From: Octopus sinensis | Taxonomy: Eukaryota | Assembly: GCF_006345805.1 (NCBI RefSeq) | Contig: NW_021826982.1 | Span: forward strand, 1-10,641 | Direction: 5' to 3' | DNA length: 10,641 bases | Shown here: positions 8,614 to 10,641 of the stretch, in pieces | Layout of the letters: each line of letters begins with the position of its first letter | Position numbering within the stretch: the stretch's first letter is position 1 | Made by a program: the position numbers and the translations under genes | The notes under the pieces: model-generated | Databases searched by the model: none | Told to the model about the DNA's origin: nothing | What the model saw: only the letters and a program-made list of their open reading frames with translations

Positions 8614-8746
8614 CACGGGTCCAGTATATTTTACGTCAACTGACCACGTGTATTTGTTTACATATGATCGTCGATTTCCGTAAAAAACCTTTTATTTTTT
8701 TACATATGGGGTTGGGGAGAAATGGGATCTTTGGGGTTAGGGTTGT

Positions 8747-9149
8747 GGTCCCGGTGCGCGCACACGCGAACTCGCGCTAGCTAGTCATGACTAGTCGATC
8801 CTTCTTTTGTGTTTTTGTGTTATTTACATTGTTTAACAAAAATTATAGGCGTAACTTCGGTATAAGTACCGGATACATTTCAAGAAATGTATATATATAT
8901 ATGGGGAGTTAGGGTTAGGGTTACGGTTAGGGGTGGGATTAAAGGGTTTCTGTTATCTTCAGAAATGTAAACAAAGCCACTTCCAGTACTTACGGTACTT
9001 GGGTACTTATACCGAAGGATCGCCAAATTATATACTTTGTTTTAAAAAAATTATTTATTTTGTGTTTTATTTACTTTGCTAGGTAGTCGTTGTAGGATCG
9101 ACTAGTCACGACTAACTAGCGCGAGCACGCGAGTGCGCGCACCGGGACC
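8747..9149. mobile_element. Outer TIR element (MITE-like) with 56-bp CpG-rich TIRs
   Basis: 8747-8802 matches the reverse complement of 9094-9149 at 51/56. The interior is AT-rich. No perfect TSD (gttgt versus gctgt). Confidence 0.75.
8848..9024. mobile_element. Inner 177-bp MITE with an 8-bp TSD (Merlin-like by its GG termini; superfamily uncertain)
   Basis: 23-bp TIRs GGCGTAACTTCGGTATAAGTACC and GGTACTTATACCGAAGGATCGCC (20/23). Perfect TSD aaattata at 8840-8847 and 9025-9032. Internal TTAGGG-like repeats. Confidence 0.85.
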
Positions 9150-9201
9150 GCTGTTCGCTAGTAGTACCGGAAAAGATGAGATTCAAGAACAAAGAGGGAC
9201 A

Positions 9202-9629
9202 AATAATAATAATAATAATAATGAAATTATTGTATACAGTGCTCAGGTGTGGAAGCACTCCGTCAGTTACGACGACGAGGGTTCCGGTTGATCCGAATCA
9301 ACGGAACAGCCTGCCCGTGAAATTAACGTGTAAGTGGCTGAGCACTCCACAGACACGTGCACCCTTAACGTAGTTCTCGGGGATATTCAGCGTGACACAG
9401 AGAGTGACAAGGCCGGCCCTTTGAAATACAGGTACAACAGAAACAGGAAGTAAGAGTGAGAGAAAGTTGTGGTGAAAGAGTACAGCAGGGATCACCACCA
9501 TCCCCTGCCGGAGCCTTGTGGAGCTTTAGGTGTTTTCGCTCAATAAACACTCACAACGCCCGGTCTGGGAATCGAAACCGCGATTCTATGACCGCGAGTC
9601 CGCTGCCCTAACCACTGGGCCATTGCGCC
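9202..9629 (-). mobile_element. tRNA-derived SINE family B, full length
   Basis: Starts GGCGCAA, with A box TGGCCCAGTGG (9622-9612), B box-like GGTTTCGATTCC (9579-9568), an unrelated body and an (ATT)n tail at 9222-9202. Confidence 0.85.
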
Positions 9630-9708
9630 ACCAAAAGTACGTGTTTCAAACATTAAGAAAAGCGGGAAAAAACGACTCCTCGTAAACGAGAGAAAAAATA
9701 AGAGATAC

Positions 9709-9841
9709 CTTTCTTCTTCTTGGGTTTCTGGGCCTCGTGTGGCATGGGACCGATCCAGACATCGTCGTCGTCTTCGATGACGGATGGGTTCTTATCGATT
9801 GCTTCTTTCTCGGACAAATTTCTCTTTCGATTCTCAGCCAT
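9709..9841 (-). CDS. PPWD1: PPWD1 coding exon 1 (MAENRKRNLSEKEAIDKNPSVIEDDDDVWIGPMPHEAQKPKKKK + G)
   Basis: ATG at 9841-9839, then 44 codons + 1 nt, then donor GTATCT at 9708. The acidic-WIGPMP-basic N-terminus is typical of PPWD1. Phase 1 joins exon 2 to give ...KKKK-VLEYEQ. Confidence 0.9.
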
Positions 9842-9969
9842 GACACCGAACACGTTTATTGACTTTACGTGTGAGGAGAGTTCCACTGGGAGAAGCGGAA
9901 GCAGAAAGCCAGGGAGAAATCATTGTTTTGAAAAGAAAACGAAAAGAAAATCAACGCACACACGCAAAC

Positions 9970-9993
9970 ACTCTCTTTTCTTCTTTCTTTCTG

Positions 9994-10032
<39 letters not shown>

Positions 10033-10495
10033 TTCTCTCTGTTTCTTCCTTCCTTTCTCTCTTTCTTTCTCTCTCTCTCCCTCTCTTTCTCTTCCTGTTC
10101 CTCTCTCTTTTTTTTCTCTCTCTTTTCTTCTTTCTTTCTATCGCTCTCTCTCTTTCTGTCTTTCTCTCTTTATTTTTCCCTTTCTCGCTCTCTCTCTTTC
10201 TCTCTTTTTCTCTTCCTTTCTCGCTTTTCTCTCTCTGTTTCTTCCTTCCTTTCTCTCTTTTTCTGTCCCTTTCTCTCTCCCTCTCTTTCTCTTCCTGTTC
10301 CCCCTCTTGTTTTTCTCTCTCTTTTCTTCTTTCTTTCTATCGCTCTCTCTTTTTCTGTCTTTCTCTCTGTTTCTTCCTTTCTCTCTTTTTCTCTCCCTTT
10401 CGCTCTCTCTCTCCCCTTCTCTTTCTCTTTCTGTTCCCCCTCTTGTTTTTTCTCTCACTTTTCTCTCTCTTTTCTTTACATCTTCCCTTTTTCGT
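9970..10495. repeat. CT/GA low-complexity tract with internal 150-200-bp duplications
   Basis: Almost pure pyrimidine on the + strand. ttcttctttctttct(g/a)tcgctctctc recurs near 9978, 10125 and 10324. Confidence 0.95.
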
Positions 10496-10502
10496 TTACC
10501 AG

Positions 10503-10641
10503 GTCTTTTCTCAAAATCCTTGTTTAGCTCTGCTTAAATCAGATTATAAAATAGGTGATGGCATATGTGTACAGAAATAGCAAATACCCTGAACAATTTC
10601 ACGACAACTCTCTGGGATTAATCATCCGAATCCAGTCTCGG
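10503..10641 (+). other. Possible exon of a divergently transcribed gene (candidate ATG at 10558, frame open to the window end)
   Basis: The pyrimidine tract ends in ttacCAG|G at 10500-10503. gtgATGG begins MAYVYRNSKYPEQFHDNSLGLIIRIQSR. No homolog recognised. Confidence 0.3.

Noticed and set aside
8905-8935. Interstitial telomere
   Set aside because: There are only a few degenerate TTAGGG units, and they lie inside a MITE bounded by TIRs and a TSD.
9555-9629. tRNA gene
   Set aside because: It has A and B boxes but continues into a SINE body with an (ATT)n tail, and I could not build a convincing cloverleaf. The same applies to the SINE A heads.
9700-9708. Intron 1 donor GTATCTCT as a U12-type intron
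   Set aside because: It deviates from RTATCCTT and there is no TCCTTAAC branch site before the 7669 acceptor (a U2-like TCTAAT is present). It is treated as a weak U2 donor.
9842-9886. N-terminal extension of PPWD1 suggested by ORF 9653-9886
   Set aside because: The track's start at 9886 is GTG, not ATG. The first in-frame ATG is 9841 (gtcATGG, good context).
9720-10580. Long ORFs of 286, 222, 106 and 76 aa rich in S/L/F or R/E/K
   Set aside because: They are translations of the CT/GA low-complexity tract, which lacks stop codons, and the longest also overlaps PPWD1 exon 1 in antisense.

Overview
Eukaryotic (animal) genomic DNA. The repeat families look like those I recall from Octopus (coleoid cephalopod) genomes, which is an inference and not a database result. 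The window holds the first four coding exons of PPWD1 (spliceosomal WD40-repeat cyclophilin) on the minus strand: 9841-9709, 7668-7566, 5854-5751 and 2589-2494. All have GT-AG boundaries and matching phases, giving 145 codons, and the gene continues beyond the left edge. The introns consist almost entirely of repeats: two tRNA-derived SINE families, two head-to-tail arrays of a SINE head (161-bp and 128-bp units), a ~132-bp minisatellite, RTE-like LINE 3' ends, several MITEs (Tc1/mariner-like, piggyBac-like, and an 8-bp-TSD element nested inside another TIR element) and a 151-bp inverted duplication. A tandem pair of Penelope-like repeats at the left edge carries minimal hammerhead-ribozyme-like motifs. 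A ~530-bp CT-rich tract and a possible exon of a divergent gene lie upstream of PPWD1. Nearly all ORFs in the supplied track are repeat artefacts.
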